A stretch of 63,986 nt of DNA, filler included, from Octopus bimaculoides (Eukaryota): assembly GCF_001194135.2 (NCBI RefSeq). It is 6 parts of 5 records of this genome, joined end to end, with 100 filler letters (N's around TTAATTAATTAA, not from the genome) between each part and the next. Parts side by side here need not be neighbours in the genome. Positions count along the whole stretch, not along the records: positions 9,440 to 33,037 come from NC_068993.1; positions 33,138 to 44,432 come from NC_068994.1; 4 more parts are not named here. The stretch is one strand, 5' to 3'. This document shows positions 24,454 through 36,810 of this stretch, one piece after another. The translations under genes were made by a program, and so were the position numbers. A model generated the notes under the pieces. That model did no database searches. It was not told the origin of the DNA and was given only the letters and a program-made list of their open reading frames with translations. The first letter of the stretch is position 1, and each line of letters begins with the position of its first letter.

Positions 24454-26395
24454 GAACTGGAGGTTCCTACGGGACAACCTGTTGAGGGCTACTGACCAGA
24501 TCTATGGATAGTGCAAAGTCCCCTCTAGACCTAAGGTAATGTGGTGGTAGAACAATGTAGTTGACAGGGCCATTAGGGAAAGGAAACAGTGCGGTGGTAG
24601 CAGAGAAATGTATCAGATCACCTGAGGGGAAGCTAGGAGATAGGTTTACTTAGCCCTAAGGGAAGCAGATAAGAAATAATTTACCAATGTTCTGCATCAT
24701 GAGGACCAGAGACTTGAAGTGCTTCATATTGTAAGACAGTGTGTGAGAAAGAGAATGGTGATGTCATAAGAGAGAAATGTGTCTATGTGGATACTGGCTC
24801 ACTTGCATTTAATGAGGCTGCAAAGAGAGAGGTTTGGAGACGCCACTATGAAAGGTTGCTAAATGAAGAGAATGAAAGAGAGAGAGTCTACCAAATGTCG
24901 ACCCAACACAGGGACCAGCTATCTGAATTGACAGTACCTTGGTAGATAAAACAAATTAAGGGTATGGAGACAAGGAAAGTCCCCAACCCATCAGGAATCA
25001 CTGCTGGGATGCTTAAAGTATCTGGCTTAAACTATTTGGTCATTCATATAGTCAACCAGGTGATACATGAAGGAGTCATACCCAATGACTGGTGTAGCAG
25101 CACTATAGTCAACTGCTATAAAGGTAAAGGTGACACATTAGATCGGAATAATTACAGAGGTATCAAATTGTTGGATCAGGTGATGAAAGTCACAGAGAGG
25201 GTTATAGCCCAACCAATTAGGGAGAGAGCTAGTTTAGACAAGATGCATTTTGGGTTTGTGTTTGGGAGAAGCATCACTGATGTTTTATTTCTGCTAAGAC
25301 GGCTGCTGGAGAAATTCCTAGCCAAAGATAAACCTCTGTACTTGGCCTTCATTGACATGGAGAAAGCCTTTGACAGGATCCCCGATCCCTTATCTGGTGG
25401 TCAGTGCGGAAGCTAGGGATAAATGAGTGGTTGGTGAGAGCTGTACAAGCCATGTACAAGGATGCTGTCAGTAAGTTGATGGTTGGCAACAAGTATAGTG
25501 AAGAATTCCAGGTAGGATTAGGGATTCACCAAGGATCAGTCCTCAGCCCCTTCTTATTCATCATAGTCCTCCAGGCATTAACAGAGGAATTCAAGACAGG
25601 CTGCCCCTGGGAGCTCCTCTATGCTGATAATCTTGCTCTAATAGATGAGTCACTATCAGAACTAGAGGAGAAGTTTCAGGTGTGGAAGGAAGGTTTAGAN
25701 NNNNNNNNNGTGGAAGCAAGGTTTAGAATTGAAGGGCCTTAGATTAATTCAGTCTAGCAAAAATCAAAGTCTTAGTATGTAGGAATGCAGATAAATCACA
25801 AATCCCTTCAGGTAGATGGCCCTCCTTGATCTGTGTAGAAAAGGTGTAGATAGAAACTCCATAAGATGTACCCAGTGTAAGCTATGAACACATAAGAAGT
25901 GCAGCTATGTCAAAGGAAGGTTACCTGGGAAGATAGATTTTGTGTGTGGCAAATGCACAAGGGCAATAAACACTGAAAATGTGCAGAAAATAGATTCCAT
26001 CACATGCTAGGGGGAAAATCTAGAAGTTGTTGATAGCTTCAGTTACCTAGGTGACCAAGTCAACGATGGGGCTGGATCCTGTAAGAGCGTAGCTTCTAGA
26101 ATAAGAATTGCCTGGGCAAAGTTCAGAGAGCTCCTACCTCTGCTGGTAACAGAGGGCCTCTCGCTCAGGGTGAAATGTGGACTGTATGACGCATGTGTGC
26201 AAGCAGCCATGCTACATAGCAGTGAAACATGGGCTATGATTGCTGAGGACATGTGTAGGCTTGAAAAAAATGATGCTAGTATGCTCTGCTGGATGTGTAA
26301 TGTCAGTGTGCTTACATGACAGAGTGTAAGCACCATGAGAGAAAAGTTGGACATAAGAAGCATCAGATGTGGTGTGCAAGAGAGACGACTATATT
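24454..26395 (+). mobile_element. 5'-truncated decayed RTE-clade LINE (RT region)
   Basis: Parallels 21480-23250; AFIDMEKAFDR, IHQGSVLSP, LLYADN, IRIAWAKFRELLPLL. Confidence 0.93.
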
Positions 26396-26454
26396 AAGCC
26401 TTCTTTCCCCATTACGAGACCCTGTTCTTTTCTCTTCTTTTATTTTATGTATTT

Positions 26455-26560
26455 GTCTTCACTCTGATGAAGCTCCATGTACCAGTATGATAAATATTAT
26501 TCTCAGAATTTTCTTTGGCTGCACTGATAGACATTAGAAGCAGAAACAGCTGTTAGAAAT
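26455..26560 (+). ncRNA. Degenerate type I hammerhead-like motif
   Basis: CTGATGA (26464-26470) ... GAAACAGCTGTT (26543-26554) with palindromic ACAGCTGT helix III; helices I and II only partly paired. Confidence 0.45.
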
Positions 26561-26599
26561 GCTAAAGTTTTGTATTTAAAAGATAATAATCGACGGTAG

Positions 26600-26810
26600 T
26601 CAATTTGTTTGTTGATCAAAACTTTTCTCCATTTTCTGCTTAATTTAAATTTGATTCCTGATAAACTCTTGTTTATTTTGTTATTGCCTGTATCCTATGA
26701 GCATAGTATGCTTGCATATACATGCCCAGGGTTAATATAAGCAATTTATACTGGTAGTAAAAACGGATATTTCTATCCCTTAGATGGTTATTCCAACCGC
26801 TAACTCTACT
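26600..26810 (-). repeat. Dispersed repeat, inverted copy of 55345-55570
   Basis: Reverse complement shares GGAGAAAA(C/G)TTTTGATCAACAAACAAA, CTATGCTCATAG and CTAAGGGATA with 55345-55570. Confidence 0.7.
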
Positions 26811-28199
26811 AANNNNNNNNNNNNNNNNNNNNNNNNNNNNNNNNNNNNNNNNNNNNNNNNNNNNNNNNNNNNNNNNNNNNNNNNNNNNNNNNNNNNNNNN
26901 NNNNNNNNNNNNNNNNNNNNNNNNNNNNNNNNNNNNNNNNNNNNNNNNNNNNNNNNNNNNNNNNNNNNNNNNNNNNNNNNNNNNNNNNNNNNNNNNNNNN
27001 NNNNNNNNNNNNNNNNNNNNNNNNNNNNNNNNNNNNNNNNNNNNNNNNNNNNNNNNNNNNNNNNNNNNNNNNNNNNNNNNNNNNNNNNNNNNNNNNNNNN
27101 NNNNNNNNNNNNNNNNNNNNNNNNNNNNNNNNNNNNNNNNNNNNNNNNNNNNNNNNNNNNNNNNNNNNNNNNNNNNNNNNNNNNNNNNNNNNNNNNNNNN
27201 NNNNNNNNNNNNNNNNNNNNNNNNNNNNNNNNNNNNNNNNNNNNNNNNNNNNNNNNNNNNNNNNNNNNNNNNNNNNNNNNNNNNNNNNNNNNNNNNNNNN
27301 NNNNNNNNNNNNNNNNNNNNNNNNNNNNNNNNNNNNNNNNNNNNNNNNNNNNNNNNNNNNNNNNNNNNNNNNNNNNNNNNNNNNNNNNNNNNNNNNNNNN
27401 NNNNNNNNNNNNNNNNNNNNNNNNNNNNNNNNNNNNNNNNNNNNNNNNNNNNNNNNNNNNNNNNNNNNNNNNNNNNNNNNNNNNNNNNNNNNNNNNNNNN
27501 NNNNNNNNNNNNNNNNNNNNNNNNNNNNNNNNNNNNNNNNNNNNNNNNNNNNNNNNNNNNNNNNNNNNNNNNNNNNNNNNNNNNNNNNNNNNNNTATACA
27601 CGTTATATTATTGAAATCAATTTATACAGACATACATATATACATGTATAGATACAGATACATATACATGTATGTATGCGTTAATACCTACATATGTTCA
27701 CAGATGCACAAGTACAAGCATAAGGATGTATATACATATATATATAACATTATTTAACATGGATTTTTCTCTCGGCTGATGAGATAGTTTTATATCTGTA
27801 TTGATTTGAAAGATTGTTTATGTTAATGCAGACAGTAATGAAATATAATAAAGTATTTTTGCATGTTTTAAGTTATGAAACAAGTGTTGTGATATACGCA
27901 TTTTCCAATGGTTAATTAAATTTCATCATACTATTTCTCTCGTCATTTATAACTCAATATATATATAGATATACATGTGCATGCCAATATATCTATTAAT
28001 ATAGTTTTTATGGATATATCCATATGTGTGTACATACATATATATGCGTGTACATACATATATATGTGTGTGTATGCACAATCCCAAACACACACACACA
28101 CACATATAAGAGGGATAGATTAATAGAGAGGCAGAGAGACAGATAAACAGATTAGTATAATGTATGTAGATTGAGACAAAGGCACAGCAATGTTATCAT

Positions 28200-28480
28200 G
28201 ATCATGATCATGATGATCATCATCATTCAACATCCACTTTCCATGCTGGCATGGGTTAAACTGTTTGACTGGAACTGGTAAGCCAGAGAGCTGCACCAGG
28301 TTCAAGTCTGAATTTGGTTTGGTTTCTACAGCTGTATGCCCTTCCTAACACTAACCTACATGTCACCTACATGGGTGCTTTTATGTGTCACTGGCATGGA
28401 TGTTGTTATGTGTCACCAGCACCAGCCACAGCTACAATTTCACTTGGCTTGACAAGTCTTCTCAAGCACAGAAAATTGCA
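28200..28480 (-). mobile_element. RTE LINE 3' UTR with (GAT)n tail
   Basis: Reverse complement of the RTE 3' ends at 51770-51930 and 52800-53035. Confidence 0.8.
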
Positions 28481-29989
28481 AAAAAAGACAAAATAATCAG
28501 TAGGAAAGAAGATGATACTGAACTTTGTTTTTCTTACCTTGCCTTCTGACTGGTTGGATAAAAATAAAAGTAGAACGGAATTTTCCATTTTTGAATACTA
28601 ACTTAGTGTGAGTGGTCTTTACACATCAGATGCTTTAATAAAAGAAAAATATGTAAAAAAAAACCTCTGATTAAAGCAATTCCTGTATTTGGTATTTTGA
28701 GCAACAAGTTGCAGTTTTTGTGACCACAGTTACACTGCAATCAATGCAATTAACATCTCTTTCTCTTTCATTTTCTTTCAAGTCACGTTTATTCAAACCA
28801 TGTTGGACTTGATATTTTAACATCAGAAAATTTTTTCTTACAACTGCATATAGCTCAATCAAATTAGACATATTCTTTTTAAATATAGTATACTGGTCAT
28901 AATATATAATATATTTAAACCAGAGACACTTTACTAACCCTATCTATTTGGAGGTTTTCAAATTTTTTTCAGGAGCTTATCTTCATACATCTTAACATGT
29001 CAGTGCCATTTTGATATATATATATATATATATCAGTAACTTAATTTAACTTAATTAATTTGATTTAGCTTAATTCAATTTAATTTAATTTACTCCATAT
29101 TTATCAACATCTTCAATATGCACAGATAAGTTAAAATGGGTCTTTTATCCTTTTAACCTTATCTACATATGTTGTTGCTCCATGTGTGTTAACTTAATTT
29201 GATTTAGTTTGATCTAATTTAATCTAACTTGATTTGATTTAACTTAATTCAATTTAATTCAATTTTATGCTTTGCTCTGTATGTATCAACATCTTCATTA
29301 ACGCTTGAACCTCCTCGTTAATACTATTTAAATTTAAATCTAATTTAATTTATGTTTGCTCTGTATCTCCTTCACTTGCTACAATGTTTGCTTATCTGCG
29401 ATGTGTCTGCCCTTTCCTGCGCTATCAGTTATACTGCCCCACCTCCTATACCACCCCATCACCTATACCAGAAATCTCTCCTCTGTACCGAAACCTCTCA
29501 TTGCAACCCTTCTTTGCTCCCCACTCACTGCTCAGTAATGTCACTCACATTGCTGCAACACACACATACACTGTAGCTTGCTACTCCATCCAAAAGAAAA
29601 CAAAACTAAACATGACCATGTTGTACTCAGTTTTATTGCTTAGTTAATTAGTCACTAACTATACATAAATTAATTTCCTTTATCCTATTTGTCAACCAAA
29701 CTTAATGAATTAACTACCCTTATCCTATTTGCATTAACATTGCTTTGTACTAATACTGGTATACAACAGCCACCACCAATGGTGGTGATAATAATTAACT
29801 AGTTAACTTATATATATATTTACTGGTATCTGTACTAACACGGCTGTATTAATGCTGGGATAGCACCTACATCCAGTGGAAGTAGCAAGGGTGACAGAAA
29901 TAATGGTGAATTAAATGCGAGGACAACTGCTATGACATATTTGTTGGCAAATGCTCATTACAACCTTTTTTCAGATACCAATAGCTGCA

Positions 29990-30644
29990 GTTACTCCTCC
30001 TCGTGTCACCTCCTGCTTCCCCTTACATTTCCTCAGTGTCAGTACTGTCAATGTAGGCACATTGAAAGGTAGGTCTTGTGAGATTGTTGAGATGTTTGAA
30101 AGGAGATGTGTTGATGTGTGCTGCATGGATAAATATGGTGAGTGAAGTAGTCAGAGTATGTAACAGGGTATTTAAGCTTAGACCAGTTTTGCAGAATAGC
30201 ACAGCAACAAACATCCCCCTACCGGATCTGCCAAATGAACAAAAGGAATACTTTTATGACACTCTACTTTTTTGCAGGCCACTTTGAAGATAAATGACAG
30301 TGACCTTATCTTTATGGCTGGTGATTTCAAAGGACATGTTGGGCAGCACCCTGGTGTCTTCCATGGGGTGCATGGGAACCATGGAATTGGTTCCTGAAAT
30401 GAGGAGGGCACAAGGCTGCTGGAGTTCTGTCATGCAAATGACCTAATGATCTGCAACACCAACTTCAGAAAGCCAGCCAGTCACCTGATAACCCATAAAG
30501 CCAGTAACCATGCTAATCAGATTTACTACATACTCACCAGAAAGTGGTATTCATGGTTGCTCCTCTATGCTGATGACCTTGTTTTTTTATACCAAATCAC
30601 TACCAGAATTAGAGAAATTTCAGGTGTGGAAACATGGTCTAGAA
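29990..30644 (+). mobile_element. Internally deleted RTE LINE fragment (EN joined to end of RT)
   Basis: VNVGTLKGRS.EIVEM, AGDFKGHVG, NTNFRKPASHL, then LLYADD...QVWK.GLE; cut by the hAT at 30645. Confidence 0.85.
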
Positions 30645-32400
30645 CAAAGGTTCCCAAACTTTTTTTTTACCTGTGGACCACTTTGATTCCTATTTTACTC
30701 CTGTGGACCCCACCATCACCACCATATCCATTCGATGTTTAAAAAATTTAATTGTATTTTTATAATTAAATATCATTAGGACATGTATAAAAATTGTTAA
30801 AACATTTTGTGTACTATAGACCTATAACCAATTTCTTAACAACTAACTAAAATCTATAGAAAATGAATGTTCACAAAATGAGTCATAAATATACAAGTAT
30901 ATATTTATTAAAATACGATAGTACTTTAGTGTTAATTCATATAATGCAAGTCTGGTGGTTGGTGTTGCTCTGCTAGTTTTACAATATTCTACTCCAAAGT
31001 TGTCAATGATAATTGAAGATCACCTTTTCTTACAAAGTCGATTTGATTACAAGCTTTACAATAAGTTAGTGACATGGCTGAAACCAGATTCAACAAGATA
31101 AGATAAAGAAAAAGCAGAAAAGTACAACTGCACTTCCACACCAGAATAGTGGATACTTTGTAGCAGTGTCATTTTTTTTCCATACATTACGTTCTCCATC
31201 TTTAAATCTTGCCTGAAATATTTCATCATCGTGCAATCCAATGAGATTCTCCTGCAAACAGATATCTATGTCAGCAACATTAACTTCAAAAAGAAATGTC
31301 ACCCAATGCAGTATACTTAACTTCAGCAAGTCATTAAACTGAGCTTGCATATCATCATGCAAGTTTTTCAAATGTTCAGTATACAATACAAGGTCATCAT
31401 CATGCAGATTATTGTTAATTGATTCCAAACTAGGAAATTGTAAGAATACACAGCATACAATATTTATTTTCTAGAGCTGTACTTTCCCTCGAAAAGCAGT
31501 AATAGCTCCTTTACAGGATAGGAGATCAGAGTTTTCTCCTTGAAGTGGTTTGTTAATCAAATTAATTTTATCAAATATATGATAAAAATCAGATATATCA
31601 CATTTAGCTGTAACCATTTGTTGGCTGAGATTGTTGTTAGCCAGAAATGAGACAATAGTGTAGCAAAGTGCAAAAAAAAAAAAATGACACAGACAATTTA
31701 CCTTTTGATAACCATCTCATCTCTGTGTGAATTACAAAGTGTTCAAATTCTTAATTTTGATTACAGAGTTCATGAAATATGCGGTCTTGTAAATAATATT
31801 ACAATATTAAGGGCATCGTGCAGATGTGCACTTAACTGTTTTGCAAGTAAGTGTTGCTGGTGTTATCACACAGTGTATACAAAATACAGCATTTATTAAA
31901 TATGTAATAAGACCCCTGTATCTGCCAATCATGGACGGAATACTGTCATTAGCACAAACTACTATATTTCTGAGGGGAATATTATGTTTCTCGAAATAAT
32001 TTACATCTGGCAAAAAGCATTTCCTCTCTGAATTCATTACCAGCCAAAAAACGATCATATGCTTGTAAAATAGCTATACTATCACTCAGGGTAGATCCAT
32101 CAGGCTGAAGAGGAAATTTCTGGACTTATAATTTGGCTACTAGTTGCTTTTCTACATCTTAGCAATTTCATCAATGTACTTTGATACTGATGAGTTACTT
32201 AAAGGAATCTTACAAATAATTTCATTAGCATTTTGTTTCATAAATGATGAAATTATGACAGATACCACTGGCAAAATTACAGTTTTACCAATATTATGGA
32301 GTTTCCTAAACTTGGCTATAATTTTAAAAATTTCATAGGATGCCAGTCAACCATTATTATGTTTACATAATTGATTACTAAATAACTGATTCACCATTTT
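30645..32400 (-). mobile_element. hAT (Charlie/FAM200-like) DNA transposon, decayed
   Basis: Terminus CAAAGGTTCCCAAAC next to GTCTAGAA target. Minus frames give IPLRNIVVCANDSIPSMIGRYRG, FCIHCVI, Y.EHLKNLHDDMQ.QFNDLL, KYPLFW. Other end not found. Confidence 0.85.
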
Positions 32401-33037
32401 TCTTGCTTGAAATTTATTGTGTTGTTTTCTAGAATATTCTTCTGGATTGTTTTACTTGTCTTTGAGCATGGTTTCTAAATGGAACACTGTCTGCATTTCT
32501 TCTTAGACAAAAGAGTAGAATTTTAGTTTAAGCACGCCAAATAACTCTTCGTAACTTTTTTATTTTTCAGAAGTTTCAGGAAATTTTTGTGAATATTTTT
32601 GCAATAAGCATATGAATTCCAGTGCATAGAACACAAATTCGCAAAACTTTTCTGAAAATTCCAAAAAATAAAAGCCACAATCACCTGTTTGTTGTATTGT
32701 TTTTTTAATTGGCGTTTAAAATGTGGACAGTCCAAATATTAATACATGCCTGCGACAAAGAAATGCAGAAGGTATCAGGTGATCGTGAGATGTGCTAAAA
32801 ATAACAGCTAAATCACCCTTAAATCACACAATTGGTTAATGTTTACCAGTACACCAGCATGACAAAAATTCGACCTTTTTTTTTTTTGAAATTTTTTCAG
32901 CACATTCCTGTTTTCAATGACGGAGATTCTGAATATGCCAAAACCCATGCTTTCAAAATTTTCAGTTCCCATCTCTCCACCCCAAATTTTTAAATTTTAA
33001 CTTTTTTCCGAATTTTTTTTTTTTTTTTCAATCTACG

Positions 33038-33137
33038 NNNNNNNNNNNNNNNNNNNNNNNNNNNNNNNNNNNNNNNNNNNNTTAATTAATTAANNNNNNN
33101 NNNNNNNNNNNNNNNNNNNNNNNNNNNNNNNNNNNNN
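33038..33137. other. Artificial contig-join spacer N44-TTAATTAATTAA-N44
   Basis: Same 100-bp motif as 9340-9439. Confidence 0.97.
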
Positions 33138-33529
33138 ATATTTTGATATTTTCCTACCCCCGCTTCCCCCGTTACAAATCTAGAACTTTAGTCCCCTCAC
33201 ACATACCTTCCTCTTCTACTCCTCTCCTCCTCCTCTTCCATTACTTCCCTTTTTCGACTTCTCTATTTCTTTCTTCTTATGTCTCCTCGTTCTCCCCCCC
33301 CCCACGTCTTCTCTTCATACTTCTCCCCTGCCGCTCCTTCTACTCCTCTTCAGCTTTCTTTTTCTCTCTGCTTCTCCTTCTTCCTCCACCTCTCCTTCTT
33401 CTCCCTCCGTCTCTTTTTTCCCCTTCTCTCCTCTTTTTCCTTCCCATCCTCCTTCTCCCCCTTTTTCTCATCTTCTCTTTCTTTTCCTTCTACGTCTTTT
33501 CCCTGATGTTGTTTATCTTCATCGTCGTC

Positions 33530-33755
33530 GTTGTTGTTGTTGTTGCTGTTGTTGTCGTTGTTGTTGCTGTTGTTGTTGTTGTTGCTGCTGTTGTTGTTGT
33601 TCTTGTTGTTCTTGTTCTTCTTGTTCTTCTTCTTCTCCTCCTCCTCCTCCTCCTCTTCCGCCTCCCCCTCCTCCTCCTCCTCCTCCTCCTTCTTCTTCTT
33701 CTTCTTCTTCTTCTTCTTCTTCTTCTTCTTCTTCTTCTTCTTCTTCTTCTTCTTC
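33530..33755. repeat. Compound trinucleotide microsatellite (TTG)n-(TTC)n-(TCC)n-(TTC)n
   Basis: Read directly; source of the poly-L/E/K/R ORFs. Confidence 0.95.
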
Positions 33756-34749
33756 GCCACTCAAACATTCCAGCTCCATCTAAGAATATTTCATTCTTTT
33801 CTCTTTCCAAATTGTCCACACATACACTCGAGCACCAATTAAAAGAAAAACAAAACAAAACAAAACGAAACAAAAAAAACATACATATTTCTCAGTACAG
33901 TTTTTCCTTACTTAAAATACGACTACTTTGTAATCCACATCTACACTGTACAGTTTATATTCCATCCACATGATGGACCTAATCATATGATAAATATCTA
34001 AGGCTGCATAACATACCTCTGACTAAGTCGATCACGGCTATATCAGTAAAGTCCCCATGGCTCTTTCCTTGTACATATCACTCTTTCGTCTTCTGTTCCT
34101 AGAATGTAATTCTTTCACAACATTTCTGATATCTGCTCCAGCCTGTTTATTCTCCTTTTTTTCGACTACAGTTCTCTTGGACAACATACATATTCCAGTA
34201 TCTCTCCGCTATTTCATCTGCTCAAAGCCTGCTGTTGAATATTTAGTTCTACTATTTCTCATTTACCTAGCACTGTTTATGTGCAAGGCTGTCTTGAGTA
34301 CTTTTCTGTTTATCTTAGTCGTAAAAAACTATTGTTTTTCTTTTATCTGTCCCAGTTGCATACTTTCCATGTGCTTTGTGTCTCGCCTCCCATGCATTAA
34401 TCACAACAACAATTTCTAAAGCTTTTTGAGGTCAATAGGCTTAGAAGACCTATTTTAAAGTGTTGAAACCGCCGTGATCCATAGATAAGGAGCCGATGGG
34501 GGGAATTTTCCCGTTTGTTTCATTTTTTTCCTGCGTTTTTGTTAGTGTTTAAATTTTTCTTTCTGTCTCTCTTGTACTAACATACATACATATTCACCCC
34601 CTCCACATACAGTCAAATCTCCCTCATATTGTACCCCATTGTCTTAAAGATCGAAGGATGAACTGGATGAGATAACCCTATATACTTATGTCTGAAGAGA
34701 AACGGGATGATCATTACTGTAATGCTTGTGTTCATAATTCAGCAACATC

Positions 34750-35000
34750 ACAACTTACTTAAAACCATTGCTCGCCATGTAGCTTAGGCCACCAATAACT
34801 TTTCTCCACCATTCACGACTTTGTGTTGTCTTTTCTGCTTTTCTCCAGGTTGATCCTTGTTTCATTTCGGATTTTGCTGCACCGCTTCATATTTCGCCGA
34901 GGAAAGGCCTTCCTCTCCCAGGTCTTGTTGGTTTTGAATTGTCATCATCGATGCTTCTGTTACTTTGCTTTTATTTTCTAGACCTCTGTATAGCTCTCGG
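34750..35000 (-). mobile_element. 3' end of an RTE LINE (second family) with TAAG-type tail
   Basis: Minus strand GRGRP...EMKQGSTWRKAEKTTQSREWWRKVIGGLSYMASNGFK* followed by TAAGT; typical RTE C-terminus. Confidence 0.75.
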
Positions 35001-35269
35001 TGTCACTGAAATACACAAGCCACCGCAACGCAACAAGAATTGGAACTCGTAGTCACAGCTGACTTGCGGTTATGCAGTAACGACGACAGATACAGAACGC
35101 GGCCGAAAAGGGAGCAGCCTCGTCTTTATCAAATCGCGTCACACTGTCTCAAAACATAATCTTGCTTATTTGTATCTGAGATAAAAAATATATATGGTGA
35201 GATTACTACGATTGGGTTAGATTTGATTAGAGTAGGATCAGGTCTATAAGGTTTGGCCTGGTGTTAAAT

Positions 35270-35784
35270 AACAACAACAACAACATCATCAACAACAACA
35301 ACAATAGCAGCAGCAGCAACAACAACTATAACTACAACACTATCAGCAACAGTAATAACTTCAACAACATGTTACGACAATTACATGAGTAGCAACAACA
35401 ATAAAACAGGGACAACAACAGCAACAAAAGCAGCAGCAGCAGGAATAGCAATATCGGCAGATCCTTCAGCAGCTAATAATGTAACATCAGCAAAAAGAAC
35501 CAAAAATTGTAGCAAATATAAAATAATAATTATGGCTGCTAACATAAGACAAAAAAAAAAAAGAAATATGGTTTCCTGCTCCATCACACTCCCACCTACC
35601 ACCAGACCTACGCATATAATGATGGTAAGGAGGAGGAAGAGGAGGGGGATGAGGAGGAGGAGATGGATGAGGATGACGATGATGATGGATGATAGTGACA
35701 TTGATACTGGTGATGATGGTAAGATGATATTAATGATGATGATGGTGATACTGATGATGATGATGGTGATGGTGATGACGATGG

Positions 35785-35838
<54 letters not shown>

Positions 35839-36017
35839 CGATGTTGTTGATGACGACGATGATGATGACGACGATGTTGATGACGATGATGATTTCGTTT
35901 TCATGAGGATATTCTTTTTATATTGAAATTTAATTCAATCTAAATCGACTTGACACACTAGGAAGACAATAACAACAGCAGCAGCAGCAACAACAACAAC
36001 AACAACAACAACAACAA

Positions 36018-36078
<61 letters not shown>

Positions 36079-36810
36079 TGTACACCAAAAGAAATTACGA
36101 GATAAAAAAAACTGGAAAGATTGGATAAAAAGAAAAAACAAAAGATTGAAGAATTTGGTTGTCAGCGTCTATGATACGATGGTGGTGGTGGATATGGTGG
36201 TGGTGGTGGTTGTCACGGTTGTGGTGGTGGTTAGTGGAGGGTGGGTGATGCTGATGGCTGTTGTGATGGATGTGATGTTTGTGGTAATGGCGGCGGCGGT
36301 GGTGGTTGTTGATGGTTTTGGTGGTAGTCGTGGAAGTGATGGCGGTAGTGGTAGCGATGGTGCTGTTGGCGATTGGTGTGGTGGAGGTGGAAGTGATGGT
36401 GTTGTTGGCGATGGTGTTGCTGGTGATTGTGTTGGCGGTGGCGATGGCGTTGTTGCCGATTTTAGTGGTGGTGGTGGTGGCGGCGACGGTGCCATCACAA
36501 CCACCACGACCATCACGACCATCACCGCCATCACCACCACTATTACCATCAACACCACTATAACAATCAACATCATCACCACCACCACCACCATCATCAC
36601 CACAACCACTGCCGTCACCACCACCACTGCCACCATGTTGTTGTTAATGGTGATAGTGGTGGTGGTGGTGATGGTCACCGCCGCCGCCACCATCACTATC
36701 ACCACCATCACTACCATCACCACCACTACTCCCACCATCACCACCACTGCCACCATCACCACCATCACCACCACTACCACCACCACCACCACCACCACCA
36801 TCACTACCAT
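35270..36810. repeat. Trinucleotide microsatellite cluster (CAA/CAG, GAG, GAT, CTA, GGT/ACC)
   Basis: Read directly; source of the poly-M/V/T/S ORFs. Confidence 0.95.

Noticed and set aside
27776-27820. CTGATGA followed by a GATA/TATC stem
   Set aside because: No GAAA directly after the stem. The same applies to CTGACGA at 5713-5719.
28538-28549. Possible 12-nt minus-strand microexon (polypyrimidine-CAG|TCAGAAGGCAAG|GTAAGA)
   Set aside because: Good splice signals but no other exon of a minus-strand host gene was found; such matches arise by chance. RNA-seq junctions would be needed.
34759-34778. Apparent first coding exon on the minus strand (ATG GCG AGC AAT GGT TTT AA|GTAAGT)
   Set aside because: The frame extends upstream as GRGRP...WRK...REWWRKVIGGLSYMASNGFK*, the C-terminus of an RTE ORF. 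The 'donor' is the element's TAAG tail.
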